Virus record (IMG/VR): IMGVR_UViG_3300034166_000560
Strand: one strand, 5' to 3'
Origin: a virus
DNA: 64,000 nucleotides
Under the pieces are notes generated by a model. The model was not told where the DNA came from, ran no database searches, and saw nothing but the letters and a program-made list of their open reading frames with translations. A program made the translations under genes and the position numbers. Of this stretch, positions 28,365 through 38,413 are shown one piece after another. Positions within the stretch are counted from its first letter, which is position 1, and the number at the start of each line of letters is the position of its first letter.

Positions 28365-29087
28365 ATGCAGAACTTCTCAGAATTTATTGCCGAGTTAAAA
28401 ATAACTCTAAAATGTCACGAAGAGCTTAATGAGAAGCTCTGGGATGGCGATAAAATAAAGCCAGAAGTTCGTAAGGCTCTTATAAAATTCGGCGAGACTT
28501 GGGCTGACTTTGCTAAGATTCCCAAGAGTATGATTGAAGATATCGTAATGACAGGTGGTAACACTAACTTCAATTACACTTCTAAATCTGATATTGATGT
28601 TCATCTTATCGTCGACCGTTCTAAATTGTTTAGCGATCCAAAATTCGTAGAGGAATATCTCCAGGATAAAAAATCTCTCTGGACTCTATCTCACGATGTT
28701 AATGTATATGGATATCCGCTAGAACCTTACGCTCAAGATAATAGTATTAAATATCCGAAAGATCAGGGCGTCTATTCTCTTAAAAACGATGAATGGTTAA
28801 AGAAACCTGGTAAGTGCGACTACGATTATCAGAACGATCACCTTCTTAAACAGAAGGTTAAGCACTATATGCACGCCATTGACCATCTAATCAAAAATAA
28901 GATGGGCGAGGGTGCAGTCAATGTTTTGAAAACAAAACTAAAGAACATGCGAGCCGCTGGCATCCAGCAGTATGGTGAATATTCCAGAGAGAACCTAGTA
29001 TTCAAAGAGCTACGTAACAGAGGATATCTGGATAAGATGAATGCCTATGATAAGGGCGTCCAAGATCAAGAGCTCTCGCTAAAATAA
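28365..29087 (+). CDS. Pol-beta-superfamily nucleotidyltransferase, putatively capsid-packaged
   Basis: MTGGNTNFNYTSKSDIDVH (hG[GS]..DxD), LEPY, ENLVFKELR; N-terminus MQNFSEFIAE. Confidence 0.75.
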   Translation: MQNFSEFIAELKITLKCHEELNEKLWDGDKIKPEVRKALIKFGETWADFAKIPKSMIEDIVMTGGNTNFNYTSKSDIDVHLIVDRSKLFSDPKFVEEYLQDKKSLWTLSHDVNVYGYPLEPYAQDNSIKYPKDQGVYSLKNDEWLKKPGKCDYDYQNDHLLKQKVKHYMHAIDHLIKNKMGEGAVNVLKTKLKNMRAAGIQQYGEYSRENLVFKELRNRGYLDKMNAYDKGVQDQELSLK

Positions 29088-29253
29088 ATATTGCTTTCCA
29101 CTAAAAAATAAGTTATAATGTTCTGATCTAACTTGGAGGTTGTCATGAATATGAGCAGTGATCTAGAATTTATGGTTGAGACGGACATGATTTTGCTGGG
29201 CTATAATCCGTATAACCCTGCTGATGTCAATTTGTATTGGGAGGATTACTTTA

Positions 29254-29529
29254 ATGGCCATTGAGATTTATTCAAAGACTAATTGTGTGCATTGCGATCA
29301 AGCAAAGCAAATCCTACGCACACACGGTAAAGATTTCATTGAGTATAAGTTAGACGAAGACTTTACTCGTGAGATTCTACTATCAAAGTTTCCAGAAGCT
29401 AAGACTTTTCCTGTCGTAGTCGTTGATGGTTTTAACATCGGCGGATATGAGCAGCTAAAGCAGCATCTTGTTGAAGAAACTTCAGACACTCGCAAGGTTC
29501 TATTGGAAAATAATTACCACGGAGCATAA
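29254..29529 (+). CDS. nrdC: glutaredoxin
   Basis: CVHC, KTFPVV, IGGYEQL. Confidence 0.9.
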   Translation: MAIEIYSKTNCVHCDQAKQILRTHGKDFIEYKLDEDFTREILLSKFPEAKTFPVVVVDGFNIGGYEQLKQHLVEETSDTRKVLLENNYHGA

Positions 29530-29532
29530 ATT

Positions 29533-29814
29533 ATGGCTACCTACGATCGTGACACTCTGCTAGAAGACCTACGCAAGAATGTTGTTGCAGTTTATTTCAC
29601 AAAGGTTAATGGCGAAAAGCGAGAGATGCGTTGCACTCTCATGCCAGGTCTACTTCCTCCGACATATGTCGAAGAAGAAAAAGACGTAAAGAAATTCCAT
29701 GACGAGAACAAAGAAGTTCTTGCTGTATGGGACGTGATGAAGGGTGGATGGCGTTCATTCCGTATCGACTCTATTGAATATGTTCAAGTTTTAGATCCAT
29801 ATCAATATTTTTAG
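29533..29814 (+). CDS. SH3/WYL-like small protein (DUF2693-type)
   Basis: FTKVNGEKREMRCTL..VWDV..GWRSFR. Confidence 0.75.
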   Translation: MATYDRDTLLEDLRKNVVAVYFTKVNGEKREMRCTLMPGLLPPTYVEEEKDVKKFHDENKEVLAVWDVMKGGWRSFRIDSIEYVQVLDPYQYF

Positions 29815-29823
29815 GAGTCAAGA

Positions 29824-30186
29824 ATGAACGAAAAGACCTACTGGGGTTATCACCTAATCATCAATGCGGGCGATTGCGATAGAGCAGCAGTAACAAGTCC
29901 AGCAACAATTTACGAATTCGTTACCGATCTAGTTGAGAAGATTGACATGGTTGCTTATGGCGAACCACAGATCGTTCACTTTGGCGACGGTAATAAGTCT
30001 GGATATACTCTTGTCCAGCTAATCGAAACAAGTAACATTTGTGCACATTTCTGCGACGATTCAGGTGATATGTACCTAGACGTCTTTTCGTGCAAGCCTT
30101 TTGATAAAAACGTAGTTGCTCAACTTGTTGATGACTATTTCCTACCTACTAGATCAAATACTACATATCTAGAAAGACAAGCATAA
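29824..30186 (+). CDS. speD: S-adenosylmethionine decarboxylase proenzyme
   Basis: GYHLII, LIETSNICAH cleavage region, LDVFSCKPFD. Confidence 0.82.
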   Translation: MNEKTYWGYHLIINAGDCDRAAVTSPATIYEFVTDLVEKIDMVAYGEPQIVHFGDGNKSGYTLVQLIETSNICAHFCDDSGDMYLDVFSCKPFDKNVVAQLVDDYFLPTRSNTTYLERQA

Positions 30187-30204
30187 CATAATTGGAGTTT
30201 GGTA

Positions 30205-31035
30205 ATGAATATTATTTGGTCGGACTTTGATCCGAATTCAGAATGGTCTGTGAAGCAGCGTGAAGCTAAAGCGGTAAACGGGTCAGATTATTGGCCAACG
30301 ATGCGGGAAGTGTTCAAGCATGATTGTGCTACACTCCCGCTCAATCGTTTTCGTTTGTGGGCTAGTATCCACAACGTTCCTCTTGTAACACAGTACAGAA
30401 CATCTCGTTTCTTTGGCGAAGCATTCTATCATGCTTATCGTGACGAAGAAATCTATAATGCTCTGCTAGAAAACTGGATTGGTATTCCAGAAGGTATGGC
30501 AGAAGCACTTCGCCCAACTAATGATTTTGATACATCAACGCAGCGTATCCAGAACCTTGGTCATCTTATGATTACTGGGTTCGGTAAGGAGAAGCTACGT
30601 TCTATCAAGTCAATTGTTGAAATTGGTGCTGGCTATGGTGACATGTGTTCACTAATCCACGACCTTGGTTTCGAGGGCGAATATACTATCGTTGATATTC
30701 CAGAGACTCAGCCAATTCAGGAATTCTATCTTGGTAAGCAGGGCATTACTCCAAAGTGGTCTTTCGAAGACGACAACGTCTCTCATGCTGATCTTGTAAT
30801 TGCTACTTGGTCTCTATCAGAAACGCCACTCGAATATCGTGCGCAGCTAATGCCAAAGATCGACCAGTCAAAGAACTGGCTAATCATGGCACAGTCTGAA
30901 ATCTTTGGACAGAAGGTAAATGACGAATATTTTACTAACTTCTTCAAAGATAAGAACATGACAAAGATTCCACTTGGTTCAGAGCAGATGAAGCAGTGGG
31001 ATGGTGATAACAATTATTATGTTGTGAGGGATTAA
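30205..31035 (+). CDS. putative sugar O-methyltransferase
   Basis: IVEIGAGYG, YTIVDIP, ATWSLSE. Confidence 0.75.
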   Translation: MNIIWSDFDPNSEWSVKQREAKAVNGSDYWPTMREVFKHDCATLPLNRFRLWASIHNVPLVTQYRTSRFFGEAFYHAYRDEEIYNALLENWIGIPEGMAEALRPTNDFDTSTQRIQNLGHLMITGFGKEKLRSIKSIVEIGAGYGDMCSLIHDLGFEGEYTIVDIPETQPIQEFYLGKQGITPKWSFEDDNVSHADLVIATWSLSETPLEYRAQLMPKIDQSKNWLIMAQSEIFGQKVNDEYFTNFFKDKNMTKIPLGSEQMKQWDGDNNYYVVRD

Positions 31036-31541
31036 TGCTTAACGTTCGTTCAACTTATCCTATGGCAGAACCTTGTTATAACCATGCAGAAAAGTGGCGT
31101 CCTAATAATGGTATTACATTCGGAACGTTTGATCTGATGCATGCTGGCCATGTTACAATGCTCGAGGTATGTCGAGCGCAGTGTGATCATCTAATCGTTG
31201 GGTTGCAGTCTGACCCAACGATCGACCGTCCAGATACAAAGAACAAGCCAGTTCAATCTCTTTTTGAAAGATATGCGCAGTTATCTGCTTGTCGGTTCGT
31301 AGACCAGATCATTCCCTACGACACAGAAGAGGATTTAGCAAATATGCTAAGTATCCTGGACGTTAAAAAGAGATTCCTTGGCGAAGAATATAAGGGACAA
31401 TTCGTATATGCCGCTGATGTCTGCAGACAGCGAGAGATTGAAGTCGTATATATTGATCGCAAACACTATTATTCTTCATCAAATTTAAGAGGCAAAGTAT
31501 ATGCTAGAGAGTTGTCTAAACGCTCCAATAATCCATCTTGA
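31035..31541 (+). CDS. TagD/HldC-like cytidylyl/adenylyltransferase
   Basis: GTFDLMHAGH, GLQSDP, KNKPVQSLFER, YSSS. Confidence 0.85.
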   Translation: MLNVRSTYPMAEPCYNHAEKWRPNNGITFGTFDLMHAGHVTMLEVCRAQCDHLIVGLQSDPTIDRPDTKNKPVQSLFERYAQLSACRFVDQIIPYDTEEDLANMLSILDVKKRFLGEEYKGQFVYAADVCRQREIEVVYIDRKHYYSSSNLRGKVYARELSKRSNNPS

Positions 31542-32055
31542 ATATTTCGCACAACAAGCTCAGAACCTTGATGGTTTGGTTCTAGAGTTTGGTGTAGCTA
31601 CAGGCGGAACTATCAAAAGAATTGCATCAACATTACCAGACAGAACTGTGTATGGATTTGATTGGTTCCAAGGTTTGCCAGAAGATTGGACTAACGGTTA
31701 CAACGCTGGGCATTTTTCTTGTGAGAAACCATCAGACCTACCAGAGAATGTAGTAATCGTAGAAGGTCTATTCAAGAAAACTGTTCCAGGATTTATCAAA
31801 CAACACAAAGAAGAAAAAGTTGCATTCATGCATGTTGATTGCGATATCTATTCTTCTGCAAAATATGTTCTTGATAAGTTCGAAAAGAAGTTCCAAGATG
31901 GTTCTGTTATTGTCTTTGACGAATTTATCATATATAATAATTATCAGCATCATGAATGGAAAGCATGGAATGAATTCTTAGAAAAGACTAAGTATAAGTA
32001 TGAAGTGCTCGGTAGAGCTCATGCAGAAAGCGTGGCGTTTAGAATTTATAAGTGA
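31501..32055 (+). CDS. TylF/MycF-family O-methyltransferase
   Basis: LEFGVATG, FDWFQGLPE, HVDCDIYSS, IVFDEF. Confidence 0.85.
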   Translation: MLESCLNAPIIHLEYFAQQAQNLDGLVLEFGVATGGTIKRIASTLPDRTVYGFDWFQGLPEDWTNGYNAGHFSCEKPSDLPENVVIVEGLFKKTVPGFIKQHKEEKVAFMHVDCDIYSSAKYVLDKFEKKFQDGSVIVFDEFIIYNNYQHHEWKAWNEFLEKTKYKYEVLGRAHAESVAFRIYK

Positions 32056-32061
32056 GGCATA

Positions 32062-32646
32062 ATGACATTTAGTGATCAATATTTTAACGAAGTAGTAGAC
32101 ATCGCAAATGCAATCGATAAGAACAAAATTGATAAGCTGGCTAAAGCTGTTGCAGATGTCGGTGCGCATGCTGGTCGTGTGTTTGTTCTTGGCGTTGGTG
32201 GTAGCGCTGGCAACGCTTCCCATATGGTTAATGATCTACGTAAACTATGCGGAATCGAATCATACTCTCCAACAGACAACGTGTCGGAACTTACCGCAAG
32301 GACTAACGATGAGGGCTTCGACACCATCTTTACAGAATACCTCAAAGTCAGCAATTTTTCTTCACGTGATGCGCTGTTCGTCTTATCAGTAGGCGGTGGT
32401 AATAAAGAGAAGAATGTATCAGTTGGTCTAGTTAATGCCATTGATCTAGCAAAAGAATACGGTGCGAAGGTATTCGGTATTGTTGGTAAGAAAGATGGTT
32501 ATGCTGCTAAGAATGGTGACATTGTTGTAGTTGTCCCGCAACTATCTCCTGATAGAGTTACTCCTCACTCCGAAGCATTCCAGGGCGTAGTCTGGCATTG
32601 CTTAGTTTCTAATCCTGTCCTACAGAAGAACAAAACCAAATGGTAA
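32062..32646 (+). CDS. gmhA: phosphoheptose isomerase (SIS domain)
   Basis: GVGGSAGNASH, TARTNDEG, SVGGG, HSEAFQ. Confidence 0.82.
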   Translation: MTFSDQYFNEVVDIANAIDKNKIDKLAKAVADVGAHAGRVFVLGVGGSAGNASHMVNDLRKLCGIESYSPTDNVSELTARTNDEGFDTIFTEYLKVSNFSSRDALFVLSVGGGNKEKNVSVGLVNAIDLAKEYGAKVFGIVGKKDGYAAKNGDIVVVVPQLSPDRVTPHSEAFQGVVWHCLVSNPVLQKNKTKW

Positions 32647-33182
32647 AAGCAGTATTCCTTGATCGTGATGGCACGCTCAACGAGCTAGTCCATGGTAGAG
32701 ATAATCCAAAGCACGTTTGTCCTTGGTATTTCTCTGAGTTCAATTACATCAATGGTGTAGAGGAAGCAATTAAGGGATTGAGATCTCTTGGATTTTCTCT
32801 ACACGTTGTGACCAATCAGCCAGACGTTGATGATGGATACACAACCGAAGAAACTATGAATGTCATTCATGATTGTTTAAAGAACGACTTAAAGGTTGAT
32901 ACAATTCAGGCAGCAAGAACACGTGGTACTGAAGAGTATAAACCTAATCCTGGTATGTTGAATAAGATCATCAAAGAATGGATGGTAAGTAAGGAACGTA
33001 GCTGGATGATTGGTGATACATGGCGTGACGTTGTTGCAGGAAATCGTGCTGGCGTCAAGACTATATACCTTGGTGATATATACAATGCGCCTCAAGAATA
33101 TTTGCATATTACTCCAGATTTCTATGCCAAAAACCTTCTTGAAGCAGTAACAATTATTCAACAAAATGTAGGTGGACAATGA
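32640..33182 (+). CDS. gmhB: heptose-1,7-bisphosphate phosphatase (HAD family)
   Basis: FLDRDGTLN, VVTNQ, KPNPGML, MIGD..DVVAG. Confidence 0.87.
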   Translation: MVKAVFLDRDGTLNELVHGRDNPKHVCPWYFSEFNYINGVEEAIKGLRSLGFSLHVVTNQPDVDDGYTTEETMNVIHDCLKNDLKVDTIQAARTRGTEEYKPNPGMLNKIIKEWMVSKERSWMIGDTWRDVVAGNRAGVKTIYLGDIYNAPQEYLHITPDFYAKNLLEAVTIIQQNVGGQ

Positions 33183-33919
33183 TTGAGATTTATGCAGACG
33201 GTGCAGACTTTGATGGTATTATGAAGGCTGCTGAGAATCCAAGAGTTACAGGATTTACTACTAACCCAACACTAATGAAGCAAGCTGGTATTACAGACTA
33301 TGAATTATTCGCAAAGAATACAATTCGTTCTCTTGCTGAAAAGCGCCCAGGAACTAATATCTCTCTTGAAGTATTCGCTGACGATACAAATAATATGTAT
33401 CTACAGGCAAAAAAGATTGCTTCGTGGGGAGCAGAATGTAACTACGATGTGTTCGTAAAGATTCCAGTTATGAATACAAAGGGCGAACCAAATTATGGTT
33501 TAATTAGATTGCTTAACGAAGAAGGCGTAAAGGTAAACGTTACTGCGGTCTTTACTCCTAACCAAACTCACAATATTATAGAGAACATTACTAACCCAGA
33601 TGTTCCCGTTATTATCTCTATTTTCTCTGGCCGTGTTGCTGATACTCTACGCAATCCTATTACTTGGACTAAGCAGTGTATTGGTGAATCAAACAACAAG
33701 CCAGCAGAGTTCGATAAGATTAAGTTCCTTTGGGCTTCTTGTAGAGAAATCTATCATCTGCAGATGGCAGAAGCTGCTGGTTGTGATATCATTACCATGC
33801 TTCATGATCAGATCAAGAAGTTAAACCTACAAGGTAAAGATCTAACAAAGTTTTCTCAGGAAACTGTTGAAATGTTTTATAATGATGCTGTTGCATCTGG
33901 ATATAGGATTGAAGTATAA
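33179..33919 (+). CDS. tal: transaldolase (short TalC-like form)
   Basis: IYADGAD, GFTTNPTLM, VKIP, VNVTAVF, SIFSGRVAD, WASCRE. Confidence 0.9.
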   Translation: MIEIYADGADFDGIMKAAENPRVTGFTTNPTLMKQAGITDYELFAKNTIRSLAEKRPGTNISLEVFADDTNNMYLQAKKIASWGAECNYDVFVKIPVMNTKGEPNYGLIRLLNEEGVKVNVTAVFTPNQTHNIIENITNPDVPVIISIFSGRVADTLRNPITWTKQCIGESNNKPAEFDKIKFLWASCREIYHLQMAEAAGCDIITMLHDQIKKLNLQGKDLTKFSQETVEMFYNDAVASGYRIEV

Positions 33920-34920
33920 TGAAGGGGTTTGAAGAAAACGAAATTTCCGAAAAGGCGTTTGGTGGTACAGAGATTGCCAAGCGTAAGTTGGCAGAGATTC
34001 TACCAGAAGATTTGCTCGAGAATTTCCAGATTATCTGTTCACGTCCTCGTGATCTAGACGAAAGCAAGATTCGTTTATTCTGGTGTCATGATCTTCCAGA
34101 AGATCCAGAGTCTGCTAAGTTCCGTGACGCTAATTGGCGTTCTAAGTTTCATAAGTTTATCTTTATTTCTAACTGGCAGTATCAACGCTATCAGTTAGTG
34201 CATGGACTACCTTATGATCAGAATTCTCTAATTCTAGAATCAGGTATTGTTCCTGCTCCTGAAACTTGTTTTGATAAGCCAGACGACAAGATTCGTTTAG
34301 TATACACATCAACTCCACAACGTGGTCTTGATATTCTTGTTCATGTATTCAAGGAGCTAGCAGAGAAGCATCCAGATATTCACCTTGATGTATTCTCTTC
34401 GTTTAAGATTTATGGTTGGGATGATGCTGACAAGCAGTTCGAACCGTTGTACGACGAGATTCGTAATCATCCACAAATGACATATCATGGATTCGTTCCG
34501 AATGAACAACTCAAAGAGCACCTTAACAAGTCTCATATCTTCGCTTACCCCTCTATTTGGACAGAGACATCCTGCCGAGCCATGCTCGAAGCTATGTCCG
34601 CTGGTTTGGTTTGTGTTCATCCTAATCTTGGCGCTCTACCGGAATCTTCCGGTGGGTTAAACGTAATGTTCCAGGGTGATCTTACTAACATTAATAATCA
34701 TGCAGCTGCCTTTGCTGGTAATCTAAACGCTGCTATTGATTTTGTTAGAACAAAGAACCACGACAAGATGATTCGCTTTAACAAAATCTTTGTTGACAGC
34801 CGTTACAATATCGATTATGTTAAGACTCGTTGGCAAGCAAATCTAGAAAAGCTACTTGCTCATTATCCCGACGAGGAATCAAGAAAGTTTCCAAAGGAAA
34901 TGTTTACTTACAAGGCATAA
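33919..34920 (+). CDS. GT-B (GT4-like) glycosyltransferase
   Basis: GGTE, YTSTPQRGL, AYPSIWTETSCRAMLEAM..GALPE. Confidence 0.85.
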   Translation: MKGFEENEISEKAFGGTEIAKRKLAEILPEDLLENFQIICSRPRDLDESKIRLFWCHDLPEDPESAKFRDANWRSKFHKFIFISNWQYQRYQLVHGLPYDQNSLILESGIVPAPETCFDKPDDKIRLVYTSTPQRGLDILVHVFKELAEKHPDIHLDVFSSFKIYGWDDADKQFEPLYDEIRNHPQMTYHGFVPNEQLKEHLNKSHIFAYPSIWTETSCRAMLEAMSAGLVCVHPNLGALPESSGGLNVMFQGDLTNINNHAAAFAGNLNAAIDFVRTKNHDKMIRFNKIFVDSRYNIDYVKTRWQANLEKLLAHYPDEESRKFPKEMFTYKA

Positions 34921-34924
34921 TGAA

Positions 34925-35914
34925 ATGATTCTAACAAAGACTCCGCTACGTGTATCGTTCTTTAGTGGAGGAAGTGATATGCCGTCCTTCTATGAACAGG
35001 AGGACGGCGCTGCTCTCTCCGTCACCATCAACAAATTCATTTACGTATTTGCTCATAAGGTTCCACATATGGGAGTGCGTTGTATGTATGATGACGTTGA
35101 AGAGCAACATGATATCGAACAGATGCAGCATGCAATCACTCGTGAGACTTTGAAGTATTATGACATCAAAAAGGAGATGACCGTTGCTTCAATATCTGAT
35201 ATTGTTACTAAGGGTTCTGGCCTTGGTAGCTCTTCTGCTTTTACAGTGGGTCTTGTTAAAGCATTATCTACCACAAAATACGATAACAGCACACGTAAAT
35301 ATGTTGCCGACATTGCATGTCAGATAGAAATGGAAAGGTGTGGCTATCCTGTTGGTAAGCAGGATCAGTACGCTGCAGCTTGGGGTGGGTTTAATCTATT
35401 CCGTTTCCGTAAGAATGGTGAAGTAGAAGTTGAAGAACTTAGACTAACCAATCCTAATGTAATGGCTCTTGAAAAGAATCTAATGCTTGTTTATTCTGGC
35501 AGAAGTAGAAATGCTAATAACATTCTACAGAAGCAACAGAAGGCGATGCTAGATGCAGATAAGTTCAACAAGGTTAAACGATCAAAGGATAAAGCATTCG
35601 AAGCATTGAACTTAATCCACAAGGGAAAGATCGATGACTTCGGTAGACTGTTACACGAGTCTTGGATTGATAAGAAGGGTGTCTGTGAAGAAATTACGCA
35701 GGACTATTTCGACGAGATCTATCAGACAGCTATAGATGCAGGCGCTCTTGGTGGTAAGCTACTCGGTGCTGGTGGTGGAGGATTCTTTATCTTCTACGTT
35801 CCAGAAAAAAGTAGAACAAAGGTTGAGGGAGCGATCTCTACCAAACACAAAGATTGTAGGATCTATGACTTCGAGTTCTACGGGTCTGGATCTCATATGG
35901 TCTATACTAATTAA
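34925..35914 (+). CDS. hddA: D-glycero-alpha-D-manno-heptose-7-phosphate kinase (GHMP family)
   Basis: TPLRVSFFSGGSD, GSGLGSSS, GKQDQYAAAWGG, GGKLLGAGGGGF. Confidence 0.88.
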   Translation: MILTKTPLRVSFFSGGSDMPSFYEQEDGAALSVTINKFIYVFAHKVPHMGVRCMYDDVEEQHDIEQMQHAITRETLKYYDIKKEMTVASISDIVTKGSGLGSSSAFTVGLVKALSTTKYDNSTRKYVADIACQIEMERCGYPVGKQDQYAAAWGGFNLFRFRKNGEVEVEELRLTNPNVMALEKNLMLVYSGRSRNANNILQKQQKAMLDADKFNKVKRSKDKAFEALNLIHKGKIDDFGRLLHESWIDKKGVCEEITQDYFDEIYQTAIDAGALGGKLLGAGGGGFFIFYVPEKSRTKVEGAISTKHKDCRIYDFEFYGSGSHMVYTN

Positions 35915-35923
35915 TAAATACTG

Positions 35924-35952
35924 TTGACATTTTAGTCAAGATAAGGTATTAT
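35924..35952 (+). promoter_or_regulatory. sigma70-like promoter
   Basis: TTGACA-17 nt-TATTAT. Confidence 0.6.
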
Positions 35953-35955
35953 AAT

Positions 35956-36357
35956 TTGTCTGATAGTTCGAACAACGTTATATCTTTTCCAAAGTCTAAC
36001 AAGAAGATTGTTATGGCAGCGGAGACTGTAGAACATATTCATAACAATCTCGAGATGATGAAACATTATCACATTCAAGAGACAATTCTTAATATGGCGC
36101 CAATCCTTTTCAACCAGTTAGACATCGCAGGTTTTGGAATGACCGACGATGAAGACGAGGATGTAAGGGATGGCGCTTTTATTGTTGAAGCATTAAGAGC
36201 AGTTATGTGTAAGTATTATGGTATCTACCATCCGTTCCAAACAATCATCGAGAATATCTTCGAAGATAAATTAACCGAAGAAGGTTCTTATAAGATTGTG
36301 GATTATCTAGAATTAGATCTAACTGAACCAGAAGAAACAGAAACTGAAACCGAATAG
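35956..36357 (+). CDS. hypothetical protein
   Basis: NVISFP N-terminal motif; upstream of rnh. Confidence 0.6.
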   Translation: MSDSSNNVISFPKSNKKIVMAAETVEHIHNNLEMMKHYHIQETILNMAPILFNQLDIAGFGMTDDEDEDVRDGAFIVEALRAVMCKYYGIYHPFQTIIENIFEDKLTEEGSYKIVDYLELDLTEPEETETETE

Positions 36358-36364
36358 GTGATTT

Positions 36365-37222
36365 GTGATTATTGTTGACTTGAATCAGGTTATGTTATCC
36401 AATCTACTCATGCAGCTTGGTAATCATACCAATGCTCAAGTAGAAGAAAATATGGTTCGCCATATGATCTTAAACTCTCTCCGTTCTTATAAGGTAAAGT
36501 TCGGCGACGAATATGGCGAGATGGTTATCGCTTGCGACAATACCAACTACTGGCGTAAGCAGCGCTTCCCTTACTATAAAGCTAATCGTAAAAAGAATAT
36601 TGAGGCTTCTGAGCTTAATTGGAAGAGCATTTTCGAATGCATGAATAAGATTCGTGCAGAGCTAAAAGAGTATTTCCCCTACCGAGTTCTTGATGTAGAG
36701 TCCGCAGAGGCTGACGATATTATCGCAACTCTTGTCTCTAAATTCGGTACAGAACTAAATACTGGCGAGAAGATTCTAATTCTTTCTGGTGACAAGGACT
36801 TCATTCAGTTGCATGTTTATGCCAACGTAGAACAGTATGACCCCACCCGTAAGAAGTGGATTAAACATGATGATCCAGAACGATATCTACACGAACATAT
36901 TCTAAAGGGAGATGCAGGAGATGGTATTCCTAATGTTCTTTCTCCTGATAATGTTTTTGTTGTGGGTGATCGCCAGCGACCCCTGACAGCAAAGAAGCTA
37001 GAAAAGATTATGGGCACAGACCTAGAAGAAATGGATACTACTCTTGCCCGAAATTATTCTCGTAATGCTAACCTTATTGATCTCAGTTTTACCCCAGATA
37101 CTATTCGTGAGAAAGTTATGGAACAATACAATGCTCAAGAAGGACGTGATCGCAGTAAACTACTAAATTACTTTATCGCAAACAAACTAAAAAATCTAAC
37201 TGACCACTTGAGTGAGTTCTAA
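36365..37222 (+). CDS. rnh: RNase H / 5'-3' exonuclease (T4 rnh-like)
   Basis: YWRK..YYKANR, EADDII, SGDKDF, GDAGDGIPN. Confidence 0.94.
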   Translation: MIIVDLNQVMLSNLLMQLGNHTNAQVEENMVRHMILNSLRSYKVKFGDEYGEMVIACDNTNYWRKQRFPYYKANRKKNIEASELNWKSIFECMNKIRAELKEYFPYRVLDVESAEADDIIATLVSKFGTELNTGEKILILSGDKDFIQLHVYANVEQYDPTRKKWIKHDDPERYLHEHILKGDAGDGIPNVLSPDNVFVVGDRQRPLTAKKLEKIMGTDLEEMDTTLARNYSRNANLIDLSFTPDTIREKVMEQYNAQEGRDRSKLLNYFIANKLKNLTDHLSEF

Positions 37223-37232
37223 GGAGAAAATA

Positions 37233-37652
37233 ATGGCTGTTCTCGGCATGTATGAATTTTTACATCGTGTATCTAAACTAAAAAAGACACAAGAAAAAGT
37301 AGACAATCTAAAAGCTAATGATACATTCGCACTAAGAATTATTCTTCAAGCTGCGTTTGACCCATCTATTAAGTTCCTTCTCCCAGAAGGCGAGCCTCCA
37401 TATAAGCCAACCGAAGTAGTTGATCAGCAGCATGTGCTCCACAGAGAAGCAGAAAAGCTACGTTACTTCGTAGAAGGTTTCTATCCAGACCTCAACCAGA
37501 ATAAGCGAGAGATGATGTTCATTGAAATGCTTGAACGTGTAGATCCTCTCGATGCAAAACTTCTAGTCGCAATCAAGGACAAGAAGATGCCATTCCCTGG
37601 CATTACAATCGGACATGTTAAAGAAGCACTACCAGGATTAATCGCAGAATGA
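37233..37652 (+). CDS. conserved T4-like hypothetical protein (DUF6433-like)
   Basis: FDPSIKFLLPEGEPPY, KREMMFIEMLE..KDK. Confidence 0.7.
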   Translation: MAVLGMYEFLHRVSKLKKTQEKVDNLKANDTFALRIILQAAFDPSIKFLLPEGEPPYKPTEVVDQQHVLHREAEKLRYFVEGFYPDLNQNKREMMFIEMLERVDPLDAKLLVAIKDKKMPFPGITIGHVKEALPGLIAE

Positions 37653-37855
37653 GTAAGTCAGCATTAAAGAAGTTCAAGAAGAATGATTATTCAGACCGTG
37701 ACGAGTATCATGATGATCCTCGTGAACGTGAGAACAAGCGCAAGGCAAAGCGTGAACAACGTGCGCTAAAGACAAAAGATATTTCTTCTCTTGTCGAGGA
37801 AGATTATGAATCTGGTGATGATTACCAGTTTATTTGGAATCAGGAAACTGACTAA
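37649..37855 (+). CDS. hypothetical protein
   Basis: 68-aa charged ORF coupled to its neighbours. Confidence 0.55.
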   Translation: MSKSALKKFKKNDYSDRDEYHDDPRERENKRKAKREQRALKTKDISSLVEEDYESGDDYQFIWNQETD

Positions 37856-38088
37856 TGCCTATCTATAAGCTACGCAATACGCAGACTGAAGAAGAATGGG
37901 AAGAGCTAATTTCTATCTCTGAGATGGAACAGAAGTTAGCCGATCATCCTCATGTCGAACTTCTTATCAATGGAGCACCTATGGTTACTGGAACCATGGG
38001 AAAGAACACTCCCATGAAGACTAAGTATAAGGACTCTACTTCAGTAAAGAAACCTGTTCTAGATGCTACAAGTTATTCAGGAAACTAA
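37855..38088 (+). CDS. FmdB-like small protein (no Cys)
   Basis: MPIYKLRNTQTEEEWE; paralog of 38413-38655. Confidence 0.6.
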   Translation: MPIYKLRNTQTEEEWEELISISEMEQKLADHPHVELLINGAPMVTGTMGKNTPMKTKYKDSTSVKKPVLDATSYSGN

Positions 38089-38092
38089 ATCA

Positions 38093-38413
38093 ATGGATCC
38101 TTTACAGTTTTGTTATTGGCTGCAAGGTTTTGCAGAATTAAACAGTGGCACACCACCAAACGATATGCAGTGGAAAGCTATTAGAGATCATCTAGCAACA
38201 GTCTTTAATAAGGTTACTCCATCATATCCTGGACTTGGTCCTGATTGGCAAAAGGAAATCATTAAAGATTGGAAGCCTAATCCAAGTTCTGCTCCAGAAA
38301 ATCCATATCCAAATAGAATAAATTTGCCACCTGTTTGGTATGGTCCAAATGTATCGCCTCCAACTACCCCATATACGGTTACTTGTAATAACTCAACAAT
38401 GAGTATTTGCTAA
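38093..38413 (+). CDS. hypothetical protein
   Basis: QFCYWLQGFAE..IRDHLATVFNKVTP. Confidence 0.6.
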   Translation: MDPLQFCYWLQGFAELNSGTPPNDMQWKAIRDHLATVFNKVTPSYPGLGPDWQKEIIKDWKPNPSSAPENPYPNRINLPPVWYGPNVSPPTTPYTVTCNNSTMSIC

